Positions 30,601 to 42,913 of a stretch of DNA of 64,000 nucleotides are shown here, one piece after another (the first letter of the stretch is position 1; each line of letters begins with the position of its first letter). The DNA lies in NCBI GenBank assembly GCA_051546255.1, contig CP128815.1:124001-188000 (forward strand), given 5' to 3'. Under the pieces are notes generated by a model. That model saw nothing but the letters and a program-made list of their open reading frames with translations. It searched no databases and was not told the origin of the DNA. Source of the DNA: Meyerozyma guilliermondii. Lineage: Eukaryota. The position numbers were made by a program, and so were the translations under genes.

Positions 30601-33600
30601 AAAGATTGTAGGTATCATTTTTTCTTCCTGGTGGCTCATACCGGCTCTGAAATGGGTAATACCGGTGTCTGTCTGCTTACTCCATCGCAAGTCAGAGGCA
30701 GGAATCAATATATGTGACGCACTTAACATGCCTAGACCGCCTAATTCCTTGGGAGTATAAAATACAGCAGGAGGAAATCTCGTTGGCATCTTCGAATTCA
30801 AGCCCATTTTAACCCGATTTTGAATCTTTGTCTCACACTTGACTAGGATATCCAATAAGTTTTCAGTAGATACAACTGCTTCTCGAAAGTAGGCAAAAAG
30901 CGCAATCAACGCAGTGTTCCATTTGGAGGTAACCTTAGTGAAAGTCGTAGATCCCGACGACATCAATATTTGGCGGATTCTACTGTTGAACTTTTCAATC
31001 TCCTCATTGCTGACACGCAAGTATGCCTTCGCCGTTCTTTCCTTCGTTTGCTGATCTATCAAGTCCCAAACACCCTCACTTGACGATGTTACATCTGATG
31101 AGCGAATCTTGGGCAAAATTCTAACTTCGAAGCCACACATACTGAACAAAAGATTAGGATTGTCCTTTGAATATACGGAAGCAAATGTATCTTCCCATTC
31201 AATAGAAGTCACGGAGGAAGGAACTCGGTTGGCAATCTCCCAAAACACTGCTCGTCCCAAGTTGACATCATGACGCATTAACCGCATACGAGCGTCTCGA
31301 GGCCAACAGCGGTGGTTGTTATAACCAACAATATTCTTGAAATCGGGATCTGGGTTCTCCGAAAGATAATCCAGAATCAACTCATCGGCTTCGTTGTGAT
31401 TCAACCGCAAGAATATATATACTTTATCAACATAACGAAGATAAAGTCTGATGGGGCTTGTCGTTTCTTCTTCTGTGTTCTTGAATTGCAAGAACGCATT
31501 AGGCAGCTGAGGAGGACCGGCAAGTTCATTAGCACGATCTAATCCCAATATCAAAAGATCAAGTGCCAAACCATAATACTGGATCAAAAATGATGCAAAT
31601 TGAAGTCCTCGAATTAACCCATACTGGTTGACATGATTCATATCTTTGTACGTCAAACTGACGTTATTTTTTGATGTAAGATAATCCGCAATATTTGGGT
31701 CAACGATGAGCCTGAGAAGTCGATTAAGTAAAGTGAAATCTATCTTCTCTGACACCTTGCTGAGCTTTGTCTCAAGTAGAACATTACATTCTCCACCTGA
31801 TGTATTCCATACGTCAGTCAAGTTGTTGATTCCTTGGGACCACTTGTACACCAACAATGACGGAATTTCATTATCACTTGGTTTTATCCAGTTGGGGAAC
31901 AATTGTCTCTTGTCTGCTTCGTACCACAAATATTGATCGAGGTATGTGTCTGTGATTTTTTCAAGGGGGTCAATTGTATAGGTTGGAACCAAATGAGTGT
32001 AATAGTCCATCAATTCCAAACCAACTTCCTTGAAGATTCTTTGGGTCAACAAAAATTTCTTGATTCTGGCCAAACATTCATGTGGATTGTCGTAAGCTTG
32101 TTCAATCAATGCTAATTCTTCTCTTTGTGATGAGTTTAGTCTTGAATTGGCATTGAATTGTTCTTTTAAATTCTCGAGAGCCAATACTAATAACTTGGTA
32201 TCGTGCTTGTAGGATAGAGGAGGGAATGGAATTGGTTGAAAGCGTCTACCTTCAAGCCAATGGGTCATGTTGCGGAAGATAGTAATTGCATCATCCGGTG
32301 ACACGTACGGGCCATCTTTTGCAAAGCTTTTTTGTCTTTCTTGTTCATTTTTGATCCACAACCTGGTAAGTCTTCCCAAATTCTTCTTGGCGACAGTCTT
32401 CTCCACAGTGGCTCCCCGACGTATACGTTCTCTGTTATAGTGCGCTATTGACGTCCATCCGTCGGCTTTAGCTTTGATATACCTCTCGATAATCTTTTCG
32501 ACTGGTTCTGGCAAGCCGGGAACTTTCCAAGGAATATTGGCTTTCCAGCATCTCCAGGCTTCGCTCAAGTGCTGCAAAATTGTTCGTGATTTGTTCTGTT
32601 TCATTCCCTCGGGAATCATGTCTAAGATATCATGCATAACTTGTGCTCTCAACTCAAGGTCATAGTATGCATCCACTCTTTGTTTAGTAATCGTTTTGGC
32701 CACATCGTTACTTCTGCGTCCTTCGAATTGACGAGCAAGAAGGTTTCCTAACCATCTTTCAAGCAAGGGAATGATACCTCTCAAGAAGAATATCCACACA
32801 CGCCATGCTGGTTGCCAGAAACCAACACCAGGACCCTTTCCAATACCATTGTTAAACCTTGAATAAACAACGTGCTTCAAGTCCTTGCACGCCCTAATCT
32901 GATGCATGACTTTGTACTTGTAACGATAAATTCCTGTCAACTGACCCAAGTGATTGAAAATGTAGTATAAGCCGTCTGCGAGCTGGTAGGCATCGATATT
33001 GCCTAAACGAAACTGTACATGTGAGTCAACGATGATTTTGATGGCTCTCAAGATTTCTCTTATCAAGTGAAAAGCGTTACCAAAACGAGATTTTTTTCGT
33101 TCCTTGGTGGTCAACGTTTTCGTTGGCTTCAAGTTGAAGTTGTAATCCAAGTGCAAGTACGTTAGTCCCTTCTTGTGGATAAGGAGATTGAGCATGTTGA
33201 AACCTTGGCGACATATCTGTAAGCCTACCTCTACCCAGTCAATGGTAGTTTGTTGAAAATACTTTGTTGCCTTTAAGCTCTTGAGGAGCTTTACATTTCT
33301 GCGTGTTTTTTCAGCTTTCTGAGAGTGTAGCTCATTCAATACTTTACCCTTTAACAATTTCTGATGAGAGATTCTCACCTTCAAGGGAGAGCCCCTGGGT
33401 GGCCGTTGCTGATACCAAGACTTCACAATGGTAGAATCTTCTGCTCTAACATTATGGCCGCTTCGACGGTTGAATGGATAAGGCGCAAACAAAAGTTCAA
33501 TGGAGCCTGAAATTTCGGGTGAAGTAATCGCAGTATCGTCAAGGAATGGAGAGAAGTTTTCAGGTAATTTGTAGTCGATACTTGTTTTTTCTTTTGCTAC

Positions 33601-34935
33601 CCGACTTCTTCTTTTGTGAGGTGTAATCGTGTTGAACTTGGAGTTGAAATAGAATGGAATATCTATGTTTTCGTGAATGTTGTGGAGATTGCAGCGGAGA
33701 GGGTGGTGGTACCACGAAGGCTTAACTGCTTTCACAAATGAGTTGTATAAGAACGGGAACGCAACCTTGTATTCGGATCGAACAGGAATCCTTATAATGA
33801 TCCTATCAAGCGAGTTGAACTCTGTGAAATCTTCACTCTCGGGATTATTGATTTTATCTTTGAAAAGCGGTTCAAACTTTGGTCCTCCAGGTAAAGCAAC
33901 GTTTAAGCTTTTGGCAGTTTGTAGTGAGTTGGAGTCGTAAAGGTAAAAGTAATTTGAATCAGTAATTTCGGGAAGGACTGGTTTGGAAAGTTTGTATAGG
34001 TCGTACATCGTTTTGACTTCCAAGTTCCACCACTTGTACGAGTCTCCGTTCACTTCTTTTCCGTCAATCAATGGTTTGGGGTCATATAGCCATTCTGGAA
34101 CGTCGCTATTTTCCATAATTATGCCATCAGCGGGATCTGCGTCTTCCAAATTTTCCATCCAATCTAGAGGAGGCTCTTCATCGTCAAAAGGTGGAAATCG
34201 CATTCTTTTGAAATGCTTACGGTTTCGCTTTTCTCGCCTCATCATTATCCAGGTTGTGGCCCACTGAGCGGTATAAACTGGTTCGATGACTCGAGGAATC
34301 TCGTTGACAAACGTAATAGCTCCAGTGATATGGTAGAGAACCTTTACGTCTTTCGCCTCCTCCCAGGGCTGAGGCATGTTTTCCAAAAGCTTGAGAATAG
34401 CGTGAGGCATATACTTGAGGGAGCCAAGATGGGACCGTTTGTCCGATGCTATTTTCTTGGACGAGAGGTCGCCATGATCGTGTATAATTTTACGAAGATG
34501 CTCAGGAGGCATGTCGACCTTTTTTGGGTGAACCAAAGTTCCCTTCTGCTTTACGGCTTGGTGTAAGTATCGTTTCTTTTGTAATTGAAGCCAGACCCGT
34601 TTCCTATCAGCCAATTCTCGCTCCGATATCTGAAGAGATGATGCAATTCGTGGAGGAGGTGGTGGTCCAGCTTGTCGTTTTGGAGGAGGTGGTGCTCCTG
34701 TAGTGGTGGATCTACCTGGAGGTGGTGGGGGAAGCCTTCCAGTACTTCGCGGAGGAGGAGGATGGCCATTTACTGTTCTAGGTGGTGGAGGAGGAGCTCT
34801 ATTACTTGGTGGTGGAGGGGGTATAATAGGTCTAGAAGGGTCTCGTGCTCCCGATCCGTTATTCGTTCTGGTGTCTCCATCATTATGATGTCTTTGGGGT
34901 TTCCCAGGAGGCGGGGGACGACCGTTGTTAACCAT
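27676..34935 (-). CDS. PRP8: Pre-mRNA splicing factor Prp8 (2419 aa), no intein
   Basis: [38 protein letters not shown] and Jab1/MPN GWIHTQ; Pro-rich N-terminus. Confidence 0.98.
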   Translation of the reverse strand: MVNNGRPPPPGKPQRHHNDGDTRTNNGSGARDPSRPIIPPPPPSNRAPPPPPRTVNGHPPPPRSTGRLPPPPPGRSTTTGAPPPPKRQAGPPPPPRIASSLQISERELADRKRVWLQLQKKRYLHQAVKQKGTLVHPKKVDMPPEHLRKIIHDHGDLSSKKIASDKRSHLGSLKYMPHAILKLLENMPQPWEEAKDVKVLYHITGAITFVNEIPRVIEPVYTAQWATTWIMMRREKRNRKHFKRMRFPPFDDEEPPLDWMENLEDADPADGIIMENSDVPEWLYDPKPLIDGKEVNGDSYKWWNLEVKTMYDLYKLSKPVLPEITDSNYFYLYDSNSLQTAKSLNVALPGGPKFEPLFKDKINNPESEDFTEFNSLDRIIIRIPVRSEYKVAFPFLYNSFVKAVKPSWYHHPLRCNLHNIHENIDIPFYFNSKFNTITPHKRRSRVAKEKTSIDYKLPENFSPFLDDTAITSPEISGSIELLFAPYPFNRRSGHNVRAEDSTIVKSWYQQRPPRGSPLKVRISHQKLLKGKVLNELHSQKAEKTRRNVKLLKSLKATKYFQQTTIDWVEVGLQICRQGFNMLNLLIHKKGLTYLHLDYNFNLKPTKTLTTKERKKSRFGNAFHLIREILRAIKIIVDSHVQFRLGNIDAYQLADGLYYIFNHLGQLTGIYRYKYKVMHQIRACKDLKHVVYSRFNNGIGKGPGVGFWQPAWRVWIFFLRGIIPLLERWLGNLLARQFEGRRSNDVAKTITKQRVDAYYDLELRAQVMHDILDMIPEGMKQNKSRTILQHLSEAWRCWKANIPWKVPGLPEPVEKIIERYIKAKADGWTSIAHYNRERIRRGATVEKTVAKKNLGRLTRLWIKNEQERQKSFAKDGPYVSPDDAITIFRNMTHWLEGRRFQPIPFPPLSYKHDTKLLVLALENLKEQFNANSRLNSSQREELALIEQAYDNPHECLARIKKFLLTQRIFKEVGLELMDYYTHLVPTYTIDPLEKITDTYLDQYLWYEADKRQLFPNWIKPSDNEIPSLLVYKWSQGINNLTDVWNTSGGECNVLLETKLSKVSEKIDFTLLNRLLRLIVDPNIADYLTSKNNVSLTYKDMNHVNQYGLIRGLQFASFLIQYYGLALDLLILGLDRANELAGPPQLPNAFLQFKNTEEETTSPIRLYLRYVDKVYIFLRLNHNEADELILDYLSENPDPDFKNIVGYNNHRCWPRDARMRLMRHDVNLGRAVFWEIANRVPSSVTSIEWEDTFASVYSKDNPNLLFSMCGFEVRILPKIRSSDVTSSSEGVWDLIDQQTKERTAKAYLRVSNEEIEKFNSRIRQILMSSGSTTFTKVTSKWNTALIALFAYFREAVVSTENLLDILVKCETKIQNRVKMGLNSKMPTRFPPAVFYTPKELGGLGMLSASHILIPASDLRWSKQTDTGITHFRAGMSHQEEKMIPTIFRYIPTWENEFLDSQRVWAEYAIKRQEAMEQNRRLTFEDMEENWDRGIPRISTLFQKDRHTLAYDKGHRIRREFKQYSMARFNPFWWTSNHHDGKLWNLNAYRTDVIQALGGIETILEHTLFKGTGFDSWEGLFWEKSTGFEDSLKFKKLTNAQRSGLSQIPNRRFTLWWSPTINRANVYVGFLVQLDLTGIFLHGKIPTLKISLIQIFRAHLWQKIHESIVQDICQVLDKEIDMLQIDSVEKQAIHPRKSYKMNSSCADIVLSSSYKWNVSRPSLLFDENDSFDAVSAKKFWIDVQLRYGDYDSHNISRYTRAKFLDYTTDNTSSYPSPTGAMVGIDLAYNMYDVFGNWFSGFKPLMQSAMKEIMKANPALYVLRERLRKGLQLYQSQPQETFLNSSNYAELFSNETQFFIDDTNVYRVTVHKTFEGNLTTKPVNGCLFMLNPKTGQLFLKVIHTSVWAGQKRLGQLSRWKSAEEVAALIRSLPREEQPKRLILTRKGMQQPMEVHTLDFPNLSIRLSELHLPFAASMKVDKLANVVLKAKEPQMVLFNLYDDWLQSISAYTAFSRVILLMRALGINQERTNLILRPDASVITQEHHLWPSFSDEQWIEVEAQLRDLILNDYAKKNNVNIQSLTQSEVRDLILGQEIKAPSTKRQEATDTNGSANNGIANASQQLTAMKTTTHNVHGEEIVTVTTTNYEQLLFESKNDWRNRAIASGNLHLRAKNIFVSPFDGDDDDENPICIMPQNLLKKLIQISDVRTQVGGFLYGVSPPENSQVKEIKYIVLVPQIANSHSIKLPEKLPSASGPLEGLELLGWIHTQPNELSLLTPVEIKTLAELKANNEQWGTSSVTVLVAFTPGSVTLNSGVLTEEGYNWGATNFDLSSQTPQGYSPTFTQRSQIVLSNRIVGSFMVPDDGIWNYTFLGPIWNPKDSYGLKIDIPYPFYHDLHRPIHFATYNEIEGGDKLEATQESSLA

Positions 34936-35417
34936 GGTTATTTACACAGCAGTGTAAAGATGGCCATCGCACTAGGATATTGTGTTGTATGCAGGTTCGA
35001 TGATGAGACTAGATGGGCAGCCGAATAGTAAGGTGCTGAGATAAGAGATGGAAGTGGATGGAATGGTGGCATGGTGGAATGGTGAATGGATTACTCTGGA
35101 TATGGGTGGGTGATTCGTGAAAGATTGATAGATTTACGTTTTCCCCAAATTAGCATATTTTCAAATTTAGCATCAATGGCTAATAACAAGTTTAAGCCAA
35201 ATTCCATTAAATGTGGATGGGCCGTAGGTCACTATTGTTTTGTATGGAGTCAAGAGCACATATCCCACATCACCTCAACCATACCAATTTGCAATCGTTT
35301 AGCTTATGTCATGCCTAATCGATCTCTCGCGAATCTGCATGTAGGCCGGTTGCAAGCGCACTGACGTATTACATTTACCACATCCCTAAGACATCCCTAA
35401 ACTACAAATTCGGCACC

Positions 35418-37523
35418 ATGGACGCGTTACCCGAGGGAGAAACTAGCTTCTTCGGCGCTCTAGGGACCGCGATCTACGAGCAGATGCAAATGGCTGAAGA
35501 AAAGGGCCTATCTTGGGACAGATATGGACGCATAGCTGCCTACTGCTGCTCCCTGTATGCTTTAATATGTTTTATGACCGCACTTACGCTTAATAGAATC
35601 TTGGTATTGGCAGCTCCGAGTCAGAGACGGAGACACGGGCCATCTTTACATCAGTTAGATGGTTCTTTGCATGATTGGAGCCAGCAAGTACGGCGATGGT
35701 TTTCGATATTTCTTCGTTGTACTGCGATTGCCGTCTTGGGGTTTAACCTCTATCGGGTTCTTGTGGCATTAAATGTCCAGCGGCAGATTGGGACTCCTGA
35801 AGGGAAATCATGGTGGTTTTTGCGTCTTATTCTGGATCGCTTTTTCGCATATGATCCCCAGTTTTACGCCAAAAGTCAGTTTATGGCTACACCTAGCACC
35901 AAAGTGATGGTGGGGCCATCAAGCGAGATCTACTGGCCCATTTTTTTGGGTGTGTGCTACCTGCTACTCGTTGAAACATTTGTGAGCGTTTCTAATGGTA
36001 ATAAACCATATAGTGAGAGTCTCATCACATTATTCGAGCTCTCAGTTGCATTCCACAGCGATGATTCCGGTTATGGAGTATTTGGTATGCGTCGCCCAGT
36101 CCCCACCACAGAACAACTGCTCATGCTCTCATTTTTCCTGATCCTCAGCTACCTTAATATCCACATTGGAGCTCTTGTTAATAACAATCGCACTAGACTC
36201 ATCCCACTGTCCATCATATCATTGTCCTTTTTAGCATACCTCGTTGCTCGTGTTCCATTTTTCAGCATCCTCTGGTTGTCGTTCATTCCCCAGGTCATAA
36301 TCGTGGGTGTGTTGCTTATATCCATAACCATCTTTCTCGTCGCCGTCATTGGTACTGGTTTCCAATGGCGCAACTTGGATTACACTACGTTCTTATTCCC
36401 TGAAGACTCGGAAAATTCGGCAACACGGGGACTTGCAGGACTCACTCTCGAGGACGATTTCACCACTGGCATTCTCAAGCTTGGTGAGCTCGCTTTGATC
36501 CTGGCTGGAAAGCTCAGCTATGTGAGTGAAATTGGTGGTGTTCCAGCTAGCAAGGAAACTTGGATTGAAAAATCACTCTGGGAAAAGTTTGGGGACCATG
36601 TAAATGCATTAAAGAGTAGGAGTTCTTCAGACATCATTCATCTACTTGAACATGCTACGCAACATGGGTATGGTAATATGATCGAAAATCCTTCTTCGAC
36701 ATGGATGTATGATGAAGGAGTAACGATCCGTGAGCAAGTTCCTCGCAATATGAAAGATGTTTCTTCACTAAGAAAAAAGTACTCTGGAATGAAACAGTTG
36801 GTTGGAAACTTAATGGAGCTCGTCTATGGCTTGGTAGTTGACAAGCTGATGCAGCCAGTGTTTCGGAAAGTTTTGGGAAGAGATTACAATGAACCAAAGT
36901 TGCCTCGTTACTTGCAAGGGGCAGTGAACCCTGAAATTGGTTCTGATGAAGAGGGCACCTCAGATGAAGAAAATATCGTTGACACGAATGCGTACTCGGC
37001 AGATGAATTATTGGAATTTATTGACCAACCTTGGACAGATAACGACAAATCTGGTGACTATCTTGGTATTGAATCGGAATTGGAGAGCGACTTTGAATCC
37101 GATGACCCCGGAGATGTTGGTGAGATAGTCGATACGCAATTCTTGACTGATTTGACCCAGCCAGACTTTGCCAACATCTTTCGCTACAGATTGGAATACG
37201 ATGGAATTTTGACTCGTTCACGATTCAATAAGCAAACCATGCAAAAAGACGACGGAAGTAAGCTTATTGAATTATTAATGGAAAGAAAGATTGAGAGAGA
37301 CAAGAGGCTGAAGAAAGCCACTAACGGAGACGACGACCTCGACGATGATATTCCGTACCCTTGCGTTGTATGCCAAATCAACCCTCGTGAATTCATCAGC
37401 TGGCCATGTCGGTGCTTTTCCGTATGTGGATCATGTCGGATTAACCTTGCTACAAAGGGTATGGATGGATGTGTATGCTGCCGCAGACATGTTGACGGAG
37501 TTACCAAGGTCTACATACCTTGA
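35418..37523 (+). CDS. Inner nuclear membrane RING E3 ligase (Asi1/Asi3 family)
   Basis: Several N-terminal TM segments; C-terminal CVVCQ..WPCRCFSVCGSCR..CVCC RING. Confidence 0.85.
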   Translation: MDALPEGETSFFGALGTAIYEQMQMAEEKGLSWDRYGRIAAYCCSLYALICFMTALTLNRILVLAAPSQRRRHGPSLHQLDGSLHDWSQQVRRWFSIFLRCTAIAVLGFNLYRVLVALNVQRQIGTPEGKSWWFLRLILDRFFAYDPQFYAKSQFMATPSTKVMVGPSSEIYWPIFLGVCYLLLVETFVSVSNGNKPYSESLITLFELSVAFHSDDSGYGVFGMRRPVPTTEQLLMLSFFLILSYLNIHIGALVNNNRTRLIPLSIISLSFLAYLVARVPFFSILWLSFIPQVIIVGVLLISITIFLVAVIGTGFQWRNLDYTTFLFPEDSENSATRGLAGLTLEDDFTTGILKLGELALILAGKLSYVSEIGGVPASKETWIEKSLWEKFGDHVNALKSRSSSDIIHLLEHATQHGYGNMIENPSSTWMYDEGVTIREQVPRNMKDVSSLRKKYSGMKQLVGNLMELVYGLVVDKLMQPVFRKVLGRDYNEPKLPRYLQGAVNPEIGSDEEGTSDEENIVDTNAYSADELLEFIDQPWTDNDKSGDYLGIESELESDFESDDPGDVGEIVDTQFLTDLTQPDFANIFRYRLEYDGILTRSRFNKQTMQKDDGSKLIELLMERKIERDKRLKKATNGDDDLDDDIPYPCVVCQINPREFISWPCRCFSVCGSCRINLATKGMDGCVCCRRHVDGVTKVYIP

Positions 37524-37858
37524 AAAATAAAATTGGGGAAATATTGCATTGCTGCTAGAGAGTGCCCAGAATACCAGGGCTAGTTCTTTCAGCCAAGAAA
37601 AATTTATACATAGCTTTACATCAACTTTACTTCACCTTGCCGCAATAGGCTTGAAATCCTGCAGCCCCTTTATAAGCCGGCCGACCAACGACTGCATCTG
37701 GAATCCGCGGTCCCATTGAAAACTCGTGTCGCGCGCGAAGATTCATAGGAGTTGGAGTGTGACAACAACGTTGGATCCTATTGTACCCATTTTTTTTATA
37801 GTTCAAGGGAGTGCTGAGCAGACTTTTCAACTAAGTGGACCGACAAAAATTGCCTCAA

Positions 37859-39592
37859 ATGACCGTCGTCACAACAACTACCACGGCAACCGCCACAACT
37901 ACCATGATACTCCCACCGTCTTTGGGAGCTTTGGCCACTGTCTTCTCTGAGTCTTTTGTTCTGTACTTGAACCTCTTAGATAGGCTTCCAGGTGGTCCTA
38001 TCATTCTTAGGTACATCAGACTGTCGTACAAGAACGATCCCATTCGGTCTGTCTTCGAGTTGGCCCTCTTCTTGTTCGCAGTACATTATTTCTTGATGTC
38101 GAAAAGAAAGGAAAACAAGGATGTGCTCAAGTTATCAAAGCGGGAGATTGACGGTCTTTGTGCCGACTGGAAACCTGAACCACTTTTGGATCCTGTCACC
38201 GATGAGGAGAAATGGCAACTCAAGTGTGTCCCAGTTATTCATGGACAGAATGGAGCCCATATATCTGTTTCTCTGCAGCATTCAAAAGGTACCCAACGGC
38301 AAGTCGTCAACCTTGCAAGTTACGACTTTTTGAATTTAAATGAGAGTGAAAGGGTTAAGGAAGCTGCCAAGGACACTATATCTAGCACTGGTGTTGGTGC
38401 TTGTGGGCCCCCAAATTTCTACGGAACTCAAGATGTACATGTTCGACTTGAAGAAGACTTGGCAAATTACTTTGGTGGAGAGCAGGCGATCATATATGGT
38501 CAGGACTTTGTTACTGCAGGTTCCGTCATACCCGCCTTCTTGAAACGTGGAGATCTTTGTGTTGTGGACAGTGGTGTCAATATCGCGATCCAAAAAGCAT
38601 TGATTGTCAGTCGCTGTGACATAGAGTGGTTTGATCATAATGATACCGAGCACTTGGAGCAAATTTTGAAGGAGATAAAGCCTGTGCTCGATAAACAAAA
38701 GCCAATAAAGAGACGTTTTATCGTTACAGAAGGACTCTTTGCCAACACAGGTGATTTGCCCAAATTGCCAGAGATTGTGAGATTGAAGAACAAGTACAAG
38801 TATAGGCTCTTTCTTGACGAAACTTTGTCTATTGGCTCATTGGGCAAATCTGGAAGAGGTGTGGTTGAACACTTTGATATTCCAAGATCTGAAATATCTA
38901 TCACTATTGGTTCATTGGCAAACTCTCTTGCCTCATCTGGTGGGTTCTGTGTTGGAGTTAATCCAATGGTACACCATCAAAGAATCTCATCACTCGCCTA
39001 TGTTTTCAGTGCTTCTTTACCTCCTTATTCTGCGCGTGCTGCTTCCCAGTCTCTTCGTGAAATTGGAGAAGATTTGGATAAAGACGGTAAGTCGAAGTTG
39101 GTGTCGAAGTTGCATGACAATATCTCATTTGTCCGTGCTACCTTGGCAAAGTCTATTCCTACCCAATACCTTTCCATTGTATCAGAGAAACTTTCCCCGA
39201 TCATTCATTTACAATTAAATGAAAAATACAGAGAGTCGTTGGGATTCCCCTTATTTTACGGTAGTGCTGAATTTTTGAACACTGGGAAACCCTCACGCAC
39301 GTTAAACGAATTTAGTCATAGTCTCAACTGGGAATCTTTCATTTTGCAAAAGATAATCGACGGATGTTTGCTGCAGTATGGAATACTTATCACAAGATCC
39401 CACAACATTCTCAAGCACGAAAACTTGCCTTTGACGCCTCCACATTTGATGGTAATGGTCAAAGTGGGAGTGGAGCAAGAAGAATTAAACGCATTATCCA
39501 AGGCTTTGAGCGCGGTGGTACCCGAAGTGTGCAGTCGCTATGCATCAGAAGCATCATTCTTGTCATCTACTAATGAACTTATCAACTATTAG
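37859..39592 (+). CDS. LCB1: Serine palmitoyltransferase subunit 1
   Basis: GVGACGPPNFYGTQDVH, IVTEGLF and YVFSASLPPY; first ATG at 37859. Confidence 0.95.
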   Translation: MTVVTTTTTATATTTMILPPSLGALATVFSESFVLYLNLLDRLPGGPIILRYIRLSYKNDPIRSVFELALFLFAVHYFLMSKRKENKDVLKLSKREIDGLCADWKPEPLLDPVTDEEKWQLKCVPVIHGQNGAHISVSLQHSKGTQRQVVNLASYDFLNLNESERVKEAAKDTISSTGVGACGPPNFYGTQDVHVRLEEDLANYFGGEQAIIYGQDFVTAGSVIPAFLKRGDLCVVDSGVNIAIQKALIVSRCDIEWFDHNDTEHLEQILKEIKPVLDKQKPIKRRFIVTEGLFANTGDLPKLPEIVRLKNKYKYRLFLDETLSIGSLGKSGRGVVEHFDIPRSEISITIGSLANSLASSGGFCVGVNPMVHHQRISSLAYVFSASLPPYSARAASQSLREIGEDLDKDGKSKLVSKLHDNISFVRATLAKSIPTQYLSIVSEKLSPIIHLQLNEKYRESLGFPLFYGSAEFLNTGKPSRTLNEFSHSLNWESFILQKIIDGCLLQYGILITRSHNILKHENLPLTPPHLMVMVKVGVEQEELNALSKALSAVVPEVCSRYASEASFLSSTNELINY

Positions 39593-39638
39593 AAATTCAT
39601 TAATTAATTAATTTAATAAGTTACTTCGATGTCAATTC

Positions 39639-41318
39639 TTATGCCGTCATTCTGCTCCGAGCTTCTCTAGCTATGGCACGAGCTTCTTCTATGTCATGAG
39701 CGTTGTTGTAATTTTGATCTTTTGCATAGTTGTGAGCCTCTTCGTATCGTTTGTTTTTAAGAGCATGGCGAGCAAGCCACAAACGAGCCTTGGACGTTTC
39801 GTCACTGATACCCCAATCCTGTTCCAGCTCAAGGCAAAGCTTCATGTATGTGTATGTGTCTCCAAGGTTACCAATCTTATCAGAAAGAGTTGCAAGTCGA
39901 TAAGAGATGTGAGGCTCATGGCTCTCGACCTCGTTACTCTTGTTGAAGCTTTCTATCTGTAATGCTTTTTCAAACGACTTGAACGCTTCTTCGTATTTCT
40001 CATTCTTCTCATAACAATTTCCTATAGCCTGCCACATTCGGGTGTCGAGCGGTTGCAAACTGGTGGCTCTCTGATAGTAGTATAGAGCATATAGATGCAT
40101 ATCCAATACCTCATATGCCTGGCCAAGACCATACCAAGCACGAAAGTCTCTGGGGTTTGTATCAACCGCTCTTCTGTAAGATTCTATGGCAGCGTGTGAA
40201 TTCTTAAGCTCCACGAATTCGTGTCCCATCAAAGTCCAAGCACTAAGACAGTTTTTATTGAGCGTAAGAGCACGCTTGTAGTACATTATTGCCTTCTCGT
40301 GTTCACATTTCATTGAATGGTAGTTGGCAATTATGCAACAAGTTTCCGGTCTATACTTGTCGATTGCAGATGCAAATTGAGCTAGAAATGAAAGCTTTGG
40401 TTTTTTTTCCATAACATAGAGCATATTTGAAAATGTATCAAGGTCATCAAGGCGAAAGGGATCTTCGAGAAGTACCTGGTCAAAGATTCCTTCTGCGGTA
40501 TAGTAGTCCAAGCTGTGATATGCGATGAGAAATTTCTGGACTTTAAGAAAGGTGAATGACGGGAAAATTTCGATGAGAGACATCAATGTGTCGACTAGAA
40601 GCGGCAGTTGTTGGTAGAATTCTTGTAGCACCACCACTTCAAAAAATTGGAACATTATGTGACTAGCGAAATGAGGTTTATTCGCCTTTGTCTCGTTGAT
40701 GAAAGAGATCACCTCATCATAAGCTGTGAAACATGATATAAGTTCCTTCCAAGCCGACCAATTATAGGGAAATAACTCGAGCGACTGGACTAGATATGTC
40801 TGAGCAAGAGTGGGTTTTTTCCTTTTGTTGCAAATCATACCATTGAGGAAATAGAGAAGTCCATTGGGCTGATTTGCTGGATTCGAATTGTAGCTATCGG
40901 CTTCGCCCGCTATTTGACTCAATCTGTAGTTGGTAGAACCTTTTTCATTGCTCACACTAGAACTTGATATAACGTTAATACTGCTATCTCTTGCCTCAGT
41001 TTCCCTCTTATCAATGGAGATATATATGGAGTATAACTTCATGAACACTGCTATCCCACTCTTACATCCTGATAAAGTATGTGCCGCTCGCTCAAAGTCT
41101 TTGCAGTTGAAATATGTGCTTGCTAGCATGATCTTATCCTGTTCGTGCTCTTCTTGAGCATCTAACTGTGGATTGGAGTAAGTTGTTGATGTGCCTTGTG
41201 TTAGGCCATTGAGTGCCTCAGCACACCATTTTGCTGCTTGATAGAGATTGACTTTGGAAAGAAGCTGGCACGCATGGCGAAGGTCACCTCTAAGTGTTTC
41301 AATACTATCTGAAGTCAT
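39639..41318 (-). CDS. CDC23: APC/C subunit 8 (TPR)
   Basis: AAKWCAEAL, YRPETCCIIANY, AWTLMGHEFVELKN and DFRAWYGLGQAYE. Confidence 0.95.
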   Translation of the reverse strand: MTSDSIETLRGDLRHACQLLSKVNLYQAAKWCAEALNGLTQGTSTTYSNPQLDAQEEHEQDKIMLASTYFNCKDFERAAHTLSGCKSGIAVFMKLYSIYISIDKRETEARDSSINVISSSSVSNEKGSTNYRLSQIAGEADSYNSNPANQPNGLLYFLNGMICNKRKKPTLAQTYLVQSLELFPYNWSAWKELISCFTAYDEVISFINETKANKPHFASHIMFQFFEVVVLQEFYQQLPLLVDTLMSLIEIFPSFTFLKVQKFLIAYHSLDYYTAEGIFDQVLLEDPFRLDDLDTFSNMLYVMEKKPKLSFLAQFASAIDKYRPETCCIIANYHSMKCEHEKAIMYYKRALTLNKNCLSAWTLMGHEFVELKNSHAAIESYRRAVDTNPRDFRAWYGLGQAYEVLDMHLYALYYYQRATSLQPLDTRMWQAIGNCYEKNEKYEEAFKSFEKALQIESFNKSNEVESHEPHISYRLATLSDKIGNLGDTYTYMKLCLELEQDWGISDETSKARLWLARHALKNKRYEEAHNYAKDQNYNNAHDIEEARAIAREARSRMTA

Positions 41319-41527
41319 AACAAGTACGTAGGTTCACTGCGCGAGATCAACCAAGAAAATGAGTGTCGCGCATTCTGATAAACACTTTTAAAAAAGACGG
41401 TACTGAATAAGTCTTGTAATTTATAAGGTAGCTACTATCTTACTTCTTCAGCATAACTCGGTAAGGTTGTATCCTGACACTATAGCTTCCATAAAAATCA
41501 GCCTTCAAACAAGTCATATTTACCAAA

Positions 41528-42373
41528 ATGATATCTGATGCCCCCATCGGTGACATGCTAGAAACAGCACTTTCCACGTTTCAAAGTGCCTTTGATGCTT
41601 TGTCCAGGATAGAAGACTCCAATAAGACGCCACTGCTGGATCGGCAATTCATAATGGATTCTTTTCATGTCAATAGATTAACAAAGGCGTTTAAAGACTG
41701 GGAAGAACGCAACAAAAAATCGTATTTGGAGACAGAAGCGAGAGGTTACAACAAACAAGTCGGCGAGATAGCGAGGGTGAATACAGAGGTCGAAGCTTTG
41801 GAAGCTAATCTCGAACGGACTTTGGAAAAAAATACACTTCCCAACTTTGCATTTTCAATACTGACAATCGAAAACTATAACGACGGAGAATTCCTCAAGT
41901 ATTTGACCCGAGACGAAAATGGACATTACCAGAAACAAGTCAGAACTTCAGAAATCTTTCTGCTTGACGTCAATTCAAAATTGGCAGAGCCAGAGTTTGA
42001 AGTGTTCAATCGTCTCATCAACATCGAAGCACGCATAAGACTACAGAAAAAAATTGTGTGTGAGATATTGATCCATACAAAAAACCAATTGGCATCAAGG
42101 AATAGAAAGTGGAGTTCCCGTGATACTAGTTTGCAAGAATTTCTTGAGGCGACGCTTCCTGGGGTCTTCACAGAGATTGAAAAGGTGCGTAATGAAATAA
42201 GACAAGAGGCAGAAAGAAAAGACAACAAAGACGTTGATATGGAACACGAAACGGACTTTGACGAACAAGAGAACAACGATGAAGATATGGCTGCTCCTGA
42301 GCAGAATGATGAAGCTGCAGAAGCTCAAGATGAAACATCGTCAAAGCCAGAAATGATGGATCTCAATGAATGA
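41528..42373 (+). CDS. Coiled-coil protein with acidic tail, probably THO complex subunit Mft1-like
   Basis: 281-aa ORF with weak recalled similarity (VNTEVEAL, FLKYL, KWSSRD) and an acidic C-terminus. Confidence 0.5.
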   Translation: MISDAPIGDMLETALSTFQSAFDALSRIEDSNKTPLLDRQFIMDSFHVNRLTKAFKDWEERNKKSYLETEARGYNKQVGEIARVNTEVEALEANLERTLEKNTLPNFAFSILTIENYNDGEFLKYLTRDENGHYQKQVRTSEIFLLDVNSKLAEPEFEVFNRLINIEARIRLQKKIVCEILIHTKNQLASRNRKWSSRDTSLQEFLEATLPGVFTEIEKVRNEIRQEAERKDNKDVDMEHETDFDEQENNDEDMAAPEQNDEAAEAQDETSSKPEMMDLNE

Positions 42374-42436
42374 ATGGATCACCGGTTGCCTACGTATGGT
42401 TTCTTTACCTGTATTTATTGCATAATTGTTGAATAA

Positions 42437-42802
42437 CTATTGTTCACCATTGAAAAGATAGTGGAATACTTGTGCCGGCGAATCGCCCTTCTCCCTCCTG
42501 AAGTTGACAATTCTCACCAATTGATATCCCGCAACTCCTCCCAAGAAAAAATTGACACTAGCAAGAAGCGCGTTTCTTGGACGTATCACAAATCCTGCCC
42601 ACCTTGTCCATATGGCACCGGTAGCGAACAAAGCAATCTGCTGGGTTCCACTGAGTTTTTCTACAGGACGCTGAATATCATTTAATCCAGCCAAAACCAA
42701 AGACCACTTCATAACTGGGGCCCAGAAATGGACCGTCTTGGGTCCAGTTTCCGAGTTCAAATAGCGGGCAAATTTGCTGGTATGTTGAGCAGCGGAAGCC
42801 AT
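42437..42802 (-). CDS. MPC2: Mitochondrial pyruvate carrier subunit 2
   Basis: SETGPKTVHFWAPVMKW, RPVEKLS, ATGAIWTRW and ASVNFF. Confidence 0.93.
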   Translation of the reverse strand: MASAAQHTSKFARYLNSETGPKTVHFWAPVMKWSLVLAGLNDIQRPVEKLSGTQQIALFATGAIWTRWAGFVIRPRNALLASVNFFLGGVAGYQLVRIVNFRREKGDSPAQVFHYLFNGEQ

Positions 42803-42913
42803 GGTGACAGGACTCCGAAATCCTCACCGATTTTGTAATCCTCGGGCTATCTGCAGTCCGTCGGGTGGGGCAGTCGGCTAGTTTCAAGATAGTGTATTAC
42901 TATGGCATCTGGT

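Noticed and set aside
35057..35092. ATGGTGG-like short repeats between PRP8 and the ASI gene as telomeric relic
   Set aside because: Short, irregular and internal; insufficient evidence.
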